Origin: Marmoricola sp.
GTDB lineage: Bacteria; Actinomycetota; Actinomycetes; Propionibacteriales; Nocardioidaceae
Assembly (NCBI GenBank): GCA_045806825.1
Contig: JBJMIP010000314.1
Span: 8,730-72,729 of the forward strand
Direction of reading: 5' to 3'
DNA length: 64,000 nucleotides
A program made the position numbers and the translations under genes. Numbering within the stretch: the first letter of the stretch is position 1; each line of letters opens with the position of its first letter. Under the pieces are notes generated by a model. It was not told the origin of the DNA. It ran no database searches and was given only the letters and a program-made list of their open reading frames with translations. This document shows, piece by piece, positions 46,647 through 56,185 of this stretch.

Positions 46647-48008
46647 ATGCCGAACATGCCGATCGACGATGCGATGTTCCTTCTCGGCGAGGCGCCGGGA
46701 AAGCCTGCGCACGTGATCGCGCTCCAGTTGTTCAAGCCGGCCCCCGGGGTCGGAGCGAACCACCTCGCCGATACCTACGAGGACCTGCTCGCCCTGCAGG
46801 TGAAGCGCACCTTCCGCAAGCGCGCTGCTCGGAAGCTGCTATCGCCGACGACTCTCGAGTGGGTCGACGACGGGATGGACCTGGACTACCACGTCCGGCA
46901 CACCGCACTCCCACCTCCCGGACGGGTCCGTGAGCTCCTGGAGGTCGTGTCCCTGCAACACGGGGTCTCGCTGGACCGGTACCGGCCGCTGTGGGAGTAC
47001 CACCTGATCGGCGGCCTGAACGACGGCCGGTTTGCGACCGCCTTCAAGACCCACCACGCCCTGGCCGACGGGATGACGCTGGCTCGGCACGTGCTCGAGG
47101 GCCTCTCCCCCGACCCGGACGCGCGGGACTGCACGCCGCCTTGGGCGGCCTCTCTCAGACCGGTACGCCCGCGGACCCCGCGGACGGCCACACCCCTGAT
47201 CAACCAGATCAGCGCGACCGTTGCCAGCTCGGTGCGCGGCACGATCGCCGCCGCGGTGACCCTGCAGCAGATGGCTGCCGACGTGGACGCCAGCGTTCCC
47301 TACGAGGCGCCTAACTCGATCCTGAACTCAGGGATCAGCGGCGCCCGCCGGTTCGCCGGCGACAAGTGGGACCACGACCGGCTCAAAGCCATCGCCATCG
47401 CTGCCGGATGCACGGTCAACGACGTGATCCTCGCCGGCTGCGGCGCCGCATTGCGCGCCTACCTGCTCGAACTCGAGGCACTGCCGGACCGGTCGTTGAT
47501 CGCGATGGTCCCGATCTCGCTGCGTCGCGACGACGACGCGTTCAACGGCGAGGGCAACGCCTTCGGCGCGATCCTCTGCGACCTGCACACCACCGGGCAG
47601 GACCCGGCCGATCGGCTGTCTTCGATCATCAGGTCCACCGCGGCGTCGAAGGCCCGGATGAATGCCCTGTCGCCGGGCGAAGCCGGGGCCGTCAGCAAAG
47701 CCATCCTCGGCGGCGCGGCACTTGGGGCGATCGTCGGCGTCACCGGCACGCCGCGACAACCGTTCAACCTGATCATCTCCAACGTGCCGGCGACCAAGCA
47801 CCCGCTCTACTGGAACGGCGCCGAGCTCACCGACATCTACCCGATCTCGATGATCTCTGAGGGTCAGGCGATGAACATCACCGTGACCCAGTACGCCGGC
47901 TCGGTGATGTTCGGAATCGTCGGCGACCGAGCCGCGCTACCGCGCCTGCAGCGGATGCTGATCCACCTGGATAACGCCATCGCCGACCTCGAGAAGGCTG
48001 TCGGCTGA
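46647..48008 (+). CDS. Wax ester synthase/diacylglycerol acyltransferase
   Basis: RYRPLWE, catalytic HHALADG, TVNDV, FNLIISNVP. Confidence 0.9.
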   Translation: MPNMPIDDAMFLLGEAPGKPAHVIALQLFKPAPGVGANHLADTYEDLLALQVKRTFRKRAARKLLSPTTLEWVDDGMDLDYHVRHTALPPPGRVRELLEVVSLQHGVSLDRYRPLWEYHLIGGLNDGRFATAFKTHHALADGMTLARHVLEGLSPDPDARDCTPPWAASLRPVRPRTPRTATPLINQISATVASSVRGTIAAAVTLQQMAADVDASVPYEAPNSILNSGISGARRFAGDKWDHDRLKAIAIAAGCTVNDVILAGCGAALRAYLLELEALPDRSLIAMVPISLRRDDDAFNGEGNAFGAILCDLHTTGQDPADRLSSIIRSTAASKARMNALSPGEAGAVSKAILGGAALGAIVGVTGTPRQPFNLIISNVPATKHPLYWNGAELTDIYPISMISEGQAMNITVTQYAGSVMFGIVGDRAALPRLQRMLIHLDNAIADLEKAVG

Positions 48009-48043
48009 TACGTCTCCTTGTCGCCGGGACGCGCGCGACGTAA

Positions 48044-48059
48044 TCCAATCACGATTCAA
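48044..48059. promoter_or_regulatory. Putative operator, motif B (TCCAATCACGATTCAA)
   Basis: Upstream of the SDR-LLM operon. Confidence 0.55.
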
Positions 48060-48079
48060 TTCAAACTGAGGAGAGCACC

Positions 48080-48916
48080 ATGGCCAGCAAGCAAGGGACC
48101 CTCGAGGGCCGCCGGATCGCGATCACCGGCGGTGCCCGGGGTATCGGCCTCGCCACAGCCCGCGAGCTGCACGCCCGCGGCGCCCAGGTGGCGCTCGGCG
48201 ATCTCGACCTGGACAAGGCGAAGGTGGCTGCCTCGTCGATCGCGCCCGAGGTGGTCGCCCTCGGCCTGGACGTCTCCGAGCCACGCTCGTTCGGCCAGTT
48301 CCTCGACGACGCCAAGGACCAGCTCGGCGGGCTCGACGTGCTGATCAACAACGCCGGCATCATGCCGATCGGTCCGTTCCTCGAGCTGGACCCCGCCGTC
48401 GCCCGGCGTACCGCCGAGATCAACTTTGTCGGCGCGCTTCTCGGCATGCAGCTCGCCCTTCCCGACATGATCGCCCAGGGCGGCGGACACATCGTGAACA
48501 TGGCCTCGACCGCCGGTCGGGCCGCGGTGCCCGGTGGAGTCACCTACTGCGCCACCAAGGCCGCCGTGGTCTCGATGACCGAAGGCGCCCGGTTGGAATT
48601 CGCCGACCGCGGGATCTCCTTTACCTGCGTGATGCCGTCCTTCACCAACACCGAGCTGATCGCGGGCACCAGCGGCACCAAGGGTCTCAAGAACGTCGAG
48701 CCCGAGGACGTGGCCAGCGCGATCGCCGTCGCGATCGAGAAGAAGCAGCTCGACGTCTACCGCCCCAAGGCGCTCCGTCAGATCCTGTTCACCCAGGGCC
48801 TGCTCGGCCGGAGGATCCGCGACGTGATGAACCGCCGACTCGGTGCCTACGACACCTTCCTGAAGATCGACCACAGCAAGCGGGACGGTTACGACAAGCG
48901 GATCGAGGCAAGCTGA
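48080..48916 (+). CDS. Short-chain dehydrogenase/reductase
   Basis: TGGARGIG, NNAGIMP, YCATK. Confidence 0.9.
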   Translation: MASKQGTLEGRRIAITGGARGIGLATARELHARGAQVALGDLDLDKAKVAASSIAPEVVALGLDVSEPRSFGQFLDDAKDQLGGLDVLINNAGIMPIGPFLELDPAVARRTAEINFVGALLGMQLALPDMIAQGGGHIVNMASTAGRAAVPGGVTYCATKAAVVSMTEGARLEFADRGISFTCVMPSFTNTELIAGTSGTKGLKNVEPEDVASAIAVAIEKKQLDVYRPKALRQILFTQGLLGRRIRDVMNRRLGAYDTFLKIDHSKRDGYDKRIEAS

Positions 48917-49965
48917 TGCGCCTGGGGATGATCGTCGACTACTCCGGGGGCTTCGAAGAGACCGCCGACCTGCTGGTCGACTACGAAGCAGCCGGCCTCG
49001 AGCTGGCCGCGGTTGCCGAGGCGTACTCATTCGACGCTGTCAGCCAGCTCGGCTACCTCGCCGCCAAGACCAAGAAGATGGAGCTCGCCTCGGCGATCCT
49101 GCAGGTCTACTCACGCACCCCGGCCCTGATGGCGATGACCGCGGCCGGGCTCGACTTCGTCTCCGGCGGCCGGTTCACCCTGGGCATCGGAGCCTCCGGG
49201 CCGCAGGTGGTCGAGGGCTTCCACGGCCTCCCGTACGACGCGCCGCTGAGCCGCACCCGGGAGACCATCGAGATCTGCCGCCAGGTATGGCGCCGCGAAC
49301 CGCTGGTGCACTCCGGCAGGAACTACACGATCCCGTTGCCGGCCGACCAGGGCACCGGCCTGGGCAAGCCGCTCAAGCTGATCAACCACCCGGTGCGGTC
49401 GCGGATCCCGATCTCGGTCGCGGCACTCGGCCCGGCCAACGTGGCGTTGGTCGCCGAGCTGGCTGAGTCCTGGCAGCCGCTGTTCTTCCACGCCGAGCAC
49501 TACCGCGCGGCCTGGGGTGAAGCGCTGGACAAGGGGATGGCCAAGCGCGATCCCGAGCTCGGACCGCTGGACATCATGCTCCAGGCCTCCTTCGCCGTCG
49601 GCGAGGCCGACCCCGCGGAACTGGCCAAGGTCCGCAACCAGCTGGCGCTGTACATCGGCGGCATGGGTGCGGCGGATAAGAACTTCTACAACCAGCTCGC
49701 CCAGCGCTACGGGTATGTCGACGAGGCAGCCGAGATCCAGCGGCTGTACCTGTCGGGCCAGAAGGCGGAGGCAGCTGCCGTGGTCCCCGAGGATCTGGTG
49801 CGCGCGGTCTCGCTGATCGGGACCGAGGACGAGATCGCCGTGCAGCTCAAGGAGTTCGAGGCCGCAGGGGTCACCACACTGCTGCTCAACCCGCTCTCAG
49901 CGACGCCCGAGCAGCGGGTCGCTGACGTTGCCAAACTCTCCCGGATCAGCCGAGCGACCTCCTAA
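48916..49965 (+). CDS. LLM-class, probably F420-dependent oxidoreductase
   Basis: EAYSFDA, LGIGASGPQVVEG.HG, LYIGGMG...NFY. Confidence 0.85.
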   Translation: MRLGMIVDYSGGFEETADLLVDYEAAGLELAAVAEAYSFDAVSQLGYLAAKTKKMELASAILQVYSRTPALMAMTAAGLDFVSGGRFTLGIGASGPQVVEGFHGLPYDAPLSRTRETIEICRQVWRREPLVHSGRNYTIPLPADQGTGLGKPLKLINHPVRSRIPISVAALGPANVALVAELAESWQPLFFHAEHYRAAWGEALDKGMAKRDPELGPLDIMLQASFAVGEADPAELAKVRNQLALYIGGMGAADKNFYNQLAQRYGYVDEAAEIQRLYLSGQKAEAAAVVPEDLVRAVSLIGTEDEIAVQLKEFEAAGVTTLLLNPLSATPEQRVADVAKLSRISRATS

Positions 49966-49997
49966 GCAGTCACCTGTCTACGTTCCGTGCCGCCGCA

Positions 49998-51215
49998 TCA
50001 GGCTGGATGGAAGCGGACGGGAACCTTCGCAAATCCGCGGCGGACCATCGTCGTGATCACACGCTCACTTTCTCCGGTGGGTTCGATACGCGCACACTTG
50101 CGAGCCAGGGACTGAAGAATGGCCTCACCTTCGAGGCGAGCCAGCTGGTTGCCGATGCAGAAGTGCGGCCCTCCACCGAAGTGCAGCGCCGGTGCCCCGG
50201 CTCGGTCGATGACAAAACGATCAGGTTTGTCAAACGCCGTTTCGTCACGGTTTGCCGACGCGACCACGCACCCGATCCGTGCGCCAACGGGGAGGACCAC
50301 ACCTGCGATCTCGATCTCACTGGTTGCGTATCGGGGGGTCATCTGCACGGGCGACTCCCAGCGCAGGACCTCCGCCACTGCAGCGCTGGCGGAGCCTCGC
50401 GGGTCCCGTCGAAGGCGGTTCATCTGCTCCGGGGCTGCTGCCAGGCAGTGAACTGCCGCGGCGATCATTGCCGAGCTCGTGTCGAACCCGCCCGCCATCG
50501 TCTGCGTCACGAGCGTCATCACCTCGTCGTCTGTCAGCCGCTGACCGTCAGACTCTGCAGTCACGAACATCGAGAGCACGTCGTTGCCGGGAGAGGCTCG
50601 ACGCGCTGCGACGACCGGTGCCAGGTAGTCGATGAAGTTCTGGACGGCCAGATGCGTGCGGGCGATGCCATCAGCATCGAGGGCCTCCGGAACGAAGATC
50701 CCGAAGAAGTCGGTGATCCACCCGTAGAGCATGTGGCGATCCTGATCAGGGAGGTCCAAGAGGCGGCAGAACGCTTTCAGCGGAACGTCGTGGGCGAAGT
50801 CCGCGAACGCGTCGATCTCCTCTGCCTCCAACGCGCGGTCCACCGCTTCGTCGGCGAGCTTGTCGAGCTGAGGCCCGATCGATTCGACCAGGGCACGGCG
50901 CGACAGGGCCCTCTCGCCCACTTTGCGGATTCGGGCATGACGCTCTCCGTCAAGCTGGTTGAGGATGGACGGGGAGAACCGTTCTGCAGGGCCGCCGTCA
51001 AGCCTGGCGAAGTGCTGGGATCCCTCGCGGCCGTTCTGTAGCGATGTGTCGCGCATGATCGTGCTCAGATCGCTGTAGCGCGTGGCAAGCCAGAAGCCTC
51101 CGGCGAAGTCTGTGAAGTGCAGCGGGGCTTCGTTGCGCAGCCGACGAAAGGTCGGATACGGGTCTTGAAGGAACTCAAGGTCCATCGGATCGAACTGCAG
51201 AGTCGTCGCGCTCAT
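49998..51215 (-). CDS. Cytochrome P450
   Basis: DPYP, AGGFDTS, EVLRWESP, SANRD, FGGGPHFCIG. Confidence 0.9.
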   Translation of the reverse strand: MSATTLQFDPMDLEFLQDPYPTFRRLRNEAPLHFTDFAGGFWLATRYSDLSTIMRDTSLQNGREGSQHFARLDGGPAERFSPSILNQLDGERHARIRKVGERALSRRALVESIGPQLDKLADEAVDRALEAEEIDAFADFAHDVPLKAFCRLLDLPDQDRHMLYGWITDFFGIFVPEALDADGIARTHLAVQNFIDYLAPVVAARRASPGNDVLSMFVTAESDGQRLTDDEVMTLVTQTMAGGFDTSSAMIAAAVHCLAAAPEQMNRLRRDPRGSASAAVAEVLRWESPVQMTPRYATSEIEIAGVVLPVGARIGCVVASANRDETAFDKPDRFVIDRAGAPALHFGGGPHFCIGNQLARLEGEAILQSLARKCARIEPTGESERVITTMVRRGFAKVPVRFHPA

Positions 51216-51239
51216 TAAATCTCCTCGTGTAGTGGCATT

Positions 51240-52253
51240 TCAGACGTCCAGGACTAGGCGACGGGATCGTGCGCGCGAGACACAGAGGTATATGATCTGA
51301 GCGCTCTCGCGGTCGTTCCCGGTCAATATGTGGTCGCGGTGATCAGGCTCGCCTTCGAGCACGGGCGTCTCGCAGGTGCCGCAGGTGCCCTCGAGGCAAG
51401 ACGAGTCGATGTCGATGCCCACGTCTGTGAGCGCGTCGAATATGGACACACCGGAGGGGACCGTGACGGTGATGCCGGAACGTCGGCACACAACCTCGAA
51501 GCTGGCCAGGTCGTTCTGCGGCGACCCAATTGGTCGCGCCGAGGCGGAGAAGCGTTCGACGCTCAGCGCCCCATCGGGCCACGCGTCACATCGCTTTTCG
51601 ACGGCCTCGAGAAGTGCCGGCGGCCCGCAGCAGTAGATCCGGGTGCCGTCGTCGGGCTTGCCGAGGAACCCGTCCAGATCGAGGAGGCCGAGTTCGTCCT
51701 GGGGGGACACGTCGACGTGATCGCCGTACGCGGACAGTTCGTCCAGGAACGCCATCGAGTTGCGGGTACGGCCACCGTAGAGCAGCCGCCAAGACGCTCC
51801 CGAGGACGTCACCGCCTCGATCATTGGCAGGATCGGAGTGATGCCGATCCCTCCTGCGATGAACCGGTAGCTTGGTGCAGCGAGAAGCTGAAAGTTGTTG
51901 CGCGGCCCGCGGATGCGCAGCTCGACCCCTTCGCGGACGTGCTCGTGAATGAATGCCGAGCCGCCACGACTGGCCGGCTCGGCCAGGACAGCGATGCGCC
52001 ATTCATCCCGGGCAGACGGGCTGGAACACAGCGAGTACTGGCGTACCAGCGAGTCGCCGATACTGACCTCGATGTGGCTGCCTGCGGTCCAGCTGGGGAG
52101 TTCGTCTCCGTTGGGGTCGACGAGGGTCAGAGCAACGACGCCATCCGCGGCTTCTCGTCGTTCCCGAACAACAAGAGTTAGGTCACGCCTGCCGCCCGAG
52201 TGCCCGACCCCCGGGTCAACGCCCAAAACCGGCGGCGCAAGACTCGATCTCAT
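51240..52253 (-). CDS. PDR/VanB-type FMN/2Fe-2S reductase
   Basis: RQYSL, SRGGS, AGGIGITP, YCCGP, C-terminal CLEGTCGTC...C. Confidence 0.92.
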   Translation of the reverse strand: MRSSLAPPVLGVDPGVGHSGGRRDLTLVVRERREAADGVVALTLVDPNGDELPSWTAGSHIEVSIGDSLVRQYSLCSSPSARDEWRIAVLAEPASRGGSAFIHEHVREGVELRIRGPRNNFQLLAAPSYRFIAGGIGITPILPMIEAVTSSGASWRLLYGGRTRNSMAFLDELSAYGDHVDVSPQDELGLLDLDGFLGKPDDGTRIYCCGPPALLEAVEKRCDAWPDGALSVERFSASARPIGSPQNDLASFEVVCRRSGITVTVPSGVSIFDALTDVGIDIDSSCLEGTCGTCETPVLEGEPDHRDHILTGNDRESAQIIYLCVSRARSRRLVLDV

Positions 52254-52627
52254 GGGACAGCTGGCAAGTCGGGTACCGCGCGACCGCTGATGGGGAGTGC
52301 AAACCCGCCGGCCAACTGGGAAAGGTCGAGAGCCGTATGCATGTCTGCTCGTCCGTCGCCCAGCGCAGTACGTAGAACCTCGGCGAATGACTCCAGCTCC
52401 GATCGCGTCTCGGCCTTGAGTTCATAGACGGCAAGGTAGGGCTGTGTTACGTCGGCGACGCCCTCCACTACGTCGATGCCGGGCTCCATCCGGTACCGGG
52501 TCGCCGCCACCACACCCGGCAGGTTTGCGATGTCCTGGATGTGCCTGTCCGTGTACCAGCGATTGAACTCCTCATCGGTCTCGCCGGAAGTCGGACTCGA
52601 GAAGACCAGCATCAGTGCGTCGGGCAT
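52250..52627 (-). CDS. EthD/DUF4286-like dimeric alpha-beta barrel protein
   Basis: EFNRWY..HI.D....PGV..A.RY, YLAVYEL. Confidence 0.7.
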   Translation of the reverse strand: MPDALMLVFSSPTSGETDEEFNRWYTDRHIQDIANLPGVVAATRYRMEPGIDVVEGVADVTQPYLAVYELKAETRSELESFAEVLRTALGDGRADMHTALDLSQLAGGFALPISGRAVPDLPAVP

Positions 52628-53562
52628 GGAATCGCTCCTTGGGATATCGGTTGGTTGGCGTACAGCCGTGGTCCTAACAGCAGTTCGGCGAGGTGCGACC
52701 AGTCACGCCGCGGCGCACTCGCGGTTGAAGGTCCGAGCACTTGGAGGAGAACTTCATCGGCCCCGGCCTCGAAGTGCTCGTCGACCCGGCGTGCAGCGGC
52801 TTCTACGCCGAACGGCACCATCGCCGTCATGAGCGCTTCACTGCCACCGTTGGCAAGGTCGTGATCTCCGAAACCTTGGCGAGCAAAGGAGGCACGGTAA
52901 TTCGGCAGGTCTGTGTATCGAGAAAGATGGGCATGAGCGCGCTGCTGCCAGTCGTGGGTCGTTGCGTCTCTTGAGGCGACGACGGCCTGTTCGACCACCA
53001 GGCGTGCTTGCGAGCCGAGAACGGCCCGGGCCCGACTGGTGTGTTCGGGCAGGACGAGATAGGTCGTCGCGCCGCCCGCTCCCTCTGCTGCCAATTCAAG
53101 CATCCGTGGGCCGAGCGCAGCCAGCACGATGGGAGGAAGCACTTGTTCGTCTGGCACGACGGCAGCGGAAGACTCGATCGCCTGGAGGTAGGTCCGCATG
53201 ATAGTCAGCGGCTGGCCGTAGGTGTGCCCGCGAACCTGCTCAACCATGGGGATATGAGAGACGCCAAGACCGAGGATGAACCGGCCCGGGTGCTGAGCAT
53301 GGATAGTGCGGGCAGCAGCGGCGCACGTCAGTGAGTCTCGGCCGTACACACTGGTGATCCCCGTTCCGACATGGATCCGTTGGCTGGCCGCTAGCAGGAG
53401 CGCCGCAGTTGACAGCGACTCCCGTCCGAATGCTTCGGCGAACCACAGCGAAGCCCAGCCCTGTTCGTCCAACTCACTTGCGATGTCTCGCAGCTCAGGG
53501 AGCGTGACCCTGTCGAGGCTCGCCGTCCAGAGGCCGACTCGCCGAGCCAGGCTCTCGCTCAC
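52612..53562 (-). CDS. LLM-class, probably F420-dependent oxidoreductase
   Basis: GTG overlaps SDR stop; EAFGRE, LGLGVSH, AALGPRML, LPNY. Confidence 0.82.
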   Translation of the reverse strand: MSESLARRVGLWTASLDRVTLPELRDIASELDEQGWASLWFAEAFGRESLSTAALLLAASQRIHVGTGITSVYGRDSLTCAAAARTIHAQHPGRFILGLGVSHIPMVEQVRGHTYGQPLTIMRTYLQAIESSAAVVPDEQVLPPIVLAALGPRMLELAAEGAGGATTYLVLPEHTSRARAVLGSQARLVVEQAVVASRDATTHDWQQRAHAHLSRYTDLPNYRASFARQGFGDHDLANGGSEALMTAMVPFGVEAAARRVDEHFEAGADEVLLQVLGPSTASAPRRDWSHLAELLLGPRLYANQPISQGAIPCPTH

Positions 53563-54437
53563 TGCCGGTCCGCATCGTGTACTAGGCCCGCCTCTTGGGC
53601 CGATCGGATGCGCTTCTCCTGCGCAAGGAACATCACCGATGCGCCGGTCAGTCTGGACATGAGCGTTGTCGGCAGCACCCTTCCCGTCAGGGTCAGCACT
53701 CGGCTGATGATCCCCACGGGTTGGACCACCTTGCCCGAGAGCATTGCCCGGTAGGCGCGCGAGGTGACGCCGCGGGGCGTTGACAGGATCCAGGAGAACC
53801 GCGCCCATCCGGCTCCGTGATCCGTCGAGGCGACGATTCCGGTCTCCGAGACCGGCCCGGGACACACCACGCTGAAGCTGATTCCAGCGGCGCCGTACTC
53901 AGTTGCCAGCGTGCGGGTCAGCACGACGAGGAAGCTCTTCGTCGGACCGTAGAGGGTGTTGAAGGGACTAGATGGAATCAGGCCGCCGACCGACGCAACG
54001 TTGATCACCTGCCCGAACTCCCGACGAAGCATCCCAGGCAGCAGTCGATGAATGAGCTCAGCTGGTGCGGTGGCCATGACTCGCACGTACGCATCGTGCT
54101 GCTCCCACGGAAAGGCAAGGAGATGACCATCCATGGTGTAGCCGGCATTGTTCACCAGCAGGTCAATGTCGATGCGCTGATCCTCCAGCTCCTGGACGAG
54201 CCGTTCCGGCGCAGATGGATCCGCCAGGTCGGCAGTGAGAACCGTGACCTTGACGGAGTGCTTCTCTTGCACGGCCCTGGCGACCTCATGCAGAGGCTCA
54301 GGCCTCCTGGCCACGAGTACGAGGTCGTACTCCTTTTCTGCAAGGAGATGGGCAAAGTCCATTCCGATTCCCGACGAGGCGCCGGTAATTAGGGCCGTCA
54401 ATCTGCGACGGCTCGTGGGATCAATTGAAGGTGACAT
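53559..54437 (-). CDS. Short-chain dehydrogenase/reductase
   Basis: TGASSGIG, LVARR, NNAG, YGPTK. Confidence 0.88.
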   Translation of the reverse strand: MSPSIDPTSRRRLTALITGASSGIGMDFAHLLAEKEYDLVLVARRPEPLHEVARAVQEKHSVKVTVLTADLADPSAPERLVQELEDQRIDIDLLVNNAGYTMDGHLLAFPWEQHDAYVRVMATAPAELIHRLLPGMLRREFGQVINVASVGGLIPSSPFNTLYGPTKSFLVVLTRTLATEYGAAGISFSVVCPGPVSETGIVASTDHGAGWARFSWILSTPRGVTSRAYRAMLSGKVVQPVGIISRVLTLTGRVLPTTLMSRLTGASVMFLAQEKRIRSAQEAGLVHDADRQ

Positions 54438-54496
54438 GTTTCAAGTCCTCCAGAGGTGCGTAGTAGGTGCTACAGCTTCGGATGTCCAGATAGGCA

Positions 54497-54772
54497 TCAC
54501 AGGACCAAGGCCAGAGAGGTGGCGATCGCAAAGACGGCTATCCATGCCGCAAAGGCCATACGAAGCGGCCGCGGAGCGCCGCTGATCTCCATGAACTCGT
54601 TTCCGATGAGGGCTGCCTTGAGAAAGGCCAGCATCAAGGTCAGAGCCGGTGCGAACTCGGTACCGAGCATCGAGAACGGATGGTTCGTTCCCACCCAGAA
54701 AGTGGCTGCTGTGGCCATCACGAGCACAGCCCCGGTCACTGAGGGCCGGATCGGGACATGAAGGTCGTTCAT
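54497..54772 (-). CDS. Cytochrome c oxidase subunit IV-like (NorF-like) small membrane protein
   Basis: ATGA overlap; 3 hydrophobic segments; K..LI..EFME...AP..LR..F..W motif. Confidence 0.75.
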   Translation of the reverse strand: MNDLHVPIRPSVTGAVLVMATAATFWVGTNHPFSMLGTEFAPALTLMLAFLKAALIGNEFMEISGAPRPLRMAFAAWIAVFAIATSLALVL

Positions 54773-55410
54773 GCGCAAACCAGGTAGAGGAGGGAGAAGA
54801 TGACTACCCAAAGCAGATCAACCATGTGCCAATAGACGGCAGCCGCCTCAACCAGGCCGCGGTGTGTTGCCCATTCCGAGGCCCGATTCGTCCTACGGCG
54901 CCACAGAAAAAGGAGAAACGCACCCAAGATGACATGAAGCAGATGCACTCCGGTCAGGACGTAGTAGAACGTGAAGAACCTATTCGAACCGGGTGTGTGG
55001 CCCGCACTTAGTTCCAGGGAGTACTCGACCGCCTTGAGCGATGCGAACGCGAACGCAAAGCACAGTGCGGCGTTCAGCAGCGTGCGTGCGCGCTCTCGCT
55101 GGTTCCGTCGGTGGGCTTCAAGCGCGAGGACAACGAGGTACGAGCTGACGAGCAGAACGAGGGTGTTGACCACGCCGATCGGTTGGTAAAGGTGAGCGGC
55201 GGAGTGTGCGAACTCGGACGGATCCTGGCGGCGCTCCCACAGGAAGACAACGAAGAACGCTCCGAAGATAGCCATGTCCCCGAACAGGAAGACCCACAAG
55301 CCCGGCTCAGCAGGCACTCCCTCGACCATGTTCCTTTGCAGTGCGCGGGTTGAAGCGGGGGCCGCCGCTAGGCCCCCACCCAGAAAAGGCGCAAGTTCAC
55401 GCTGGCTCAT
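54769..55410 (-). CDS. Orphan cytochrome c oxidase subunit III-like membrane protein (second copy)
   Basis: GLWVFLFGDM, NTLVLLVSS, KAVEY, YYVLTGVHLLH, YWHMVDLLW; ATGA overlap. Confidence 0.85.
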   Translation of the reverse strand: MSQRELAPFLGGGLAAAPASTRALQRNMVEGVPAEPGLWVFLFGDMAIFGAFFVVFLWERRQDPSEFAHSAAHLYQPIGVVNTLVLLVSSYLVVLALEAHRRNQRERARTLLNAALCFAFAFASLKAVEYSLELSAGHTPGSNRFFTFYYVLTGVHLLHVILGAFLLFLWRRRTNRASEWATHRGLVEAAAVYWHMVDLLWVVIFSLLYLVCA

Positions 55411-56132
55411 GCCGGCTCTGCAACTGCCTGCGACTCGGCCATGAACATCTCTGCGTTCGCGCGACGTACAGCCCATGGCATGACAAACAGCCAGATGGCA
55501 TACGTCGTAGTCGCCAACCAAAAGATGAAGATGCCGTTCCAACCGAACGGTCCCGAGAAGAAGAAGTATGCGAGAACGTCCGGAAGGAACGACGCCGCAA
55601 CCCAGAAGTTCAGGAAGCCAACCCACCGCGGGAAGATGTTCGTTTCGTCGTTCAGGATGGCGACTCCGATGGCGACCATCTGAACCATGATGGGCGCGAT
55701 CGGCGTGAGGAAGAGCAGCCACACGATGTCGTTGAGTGAGAACACCAGGCTGTCGCTCATGCGGTCCGGTGCGCCGAAGGCGATGACGGCCATGAGGAGC
55801 AGCGGCAGGAGCAGGAGTAGTTGCGCGACCGCGGCGCTTGCCAGCTGGAGAAACGAAAGAATCGGAGTACGGCCCTCCATGTGCACCATGTGCACCGAGA
55901 TCGCCGCGCACAGCGGCAACGTCAGCGCCATGCCGAGGGTTGCCACGACGAGTCCCACCTTCACCAGGGTGTTGTCGTCGGTGTAGAAGCTCACGACCTG
56001 GTCGAGACTCGATGCGGGGCCGAGCGGGAACGGCAACACACCTGCGATGAGCCAACCGAGGAAAGTCACCCCGACCGTGGCCGGACCGGACCACGCACAG
56101 ATGTTCAGGACCTTGAGCATTCTTGAACTCAT
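55407..56132 (-). CDS. Multi-pass membrane protein of unknown function (third paralog)
   Basis: RBS AAGGAG; HMEG, DIVWLLF, FPRWV, LAYFFFSGPFGWNGIFIFWL; closest to 695..1396. Confidence 0.85.
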   Translation of the reverse strand: MSSRMLKVLNICAWSGPATVGVTFLGWLIAGVLPFPLGPASSLDQVVSFYTDDNTLVKVGLVVATLGMALTLPLCAAISVHMVHMEGRTPILSFLQLASAAVAQLLLLLPLLLMAVIAFGAPDRMSDSLVFSLNDIVWLLFLTPIAPIMVQMVAIGVAILNDETNIFPRWVGFLNFWVAASFLPDVLAYFFFSGPFGWNGIFIFWLATTTYAIWLFVMPWAVRRANAEMFMAESQAVAEPA

Positions 56133-56185
56133 CACGGACGTCTCCTTGCATTCGATACGGCCTGACCCGCAGAGCGGATCCCTCA

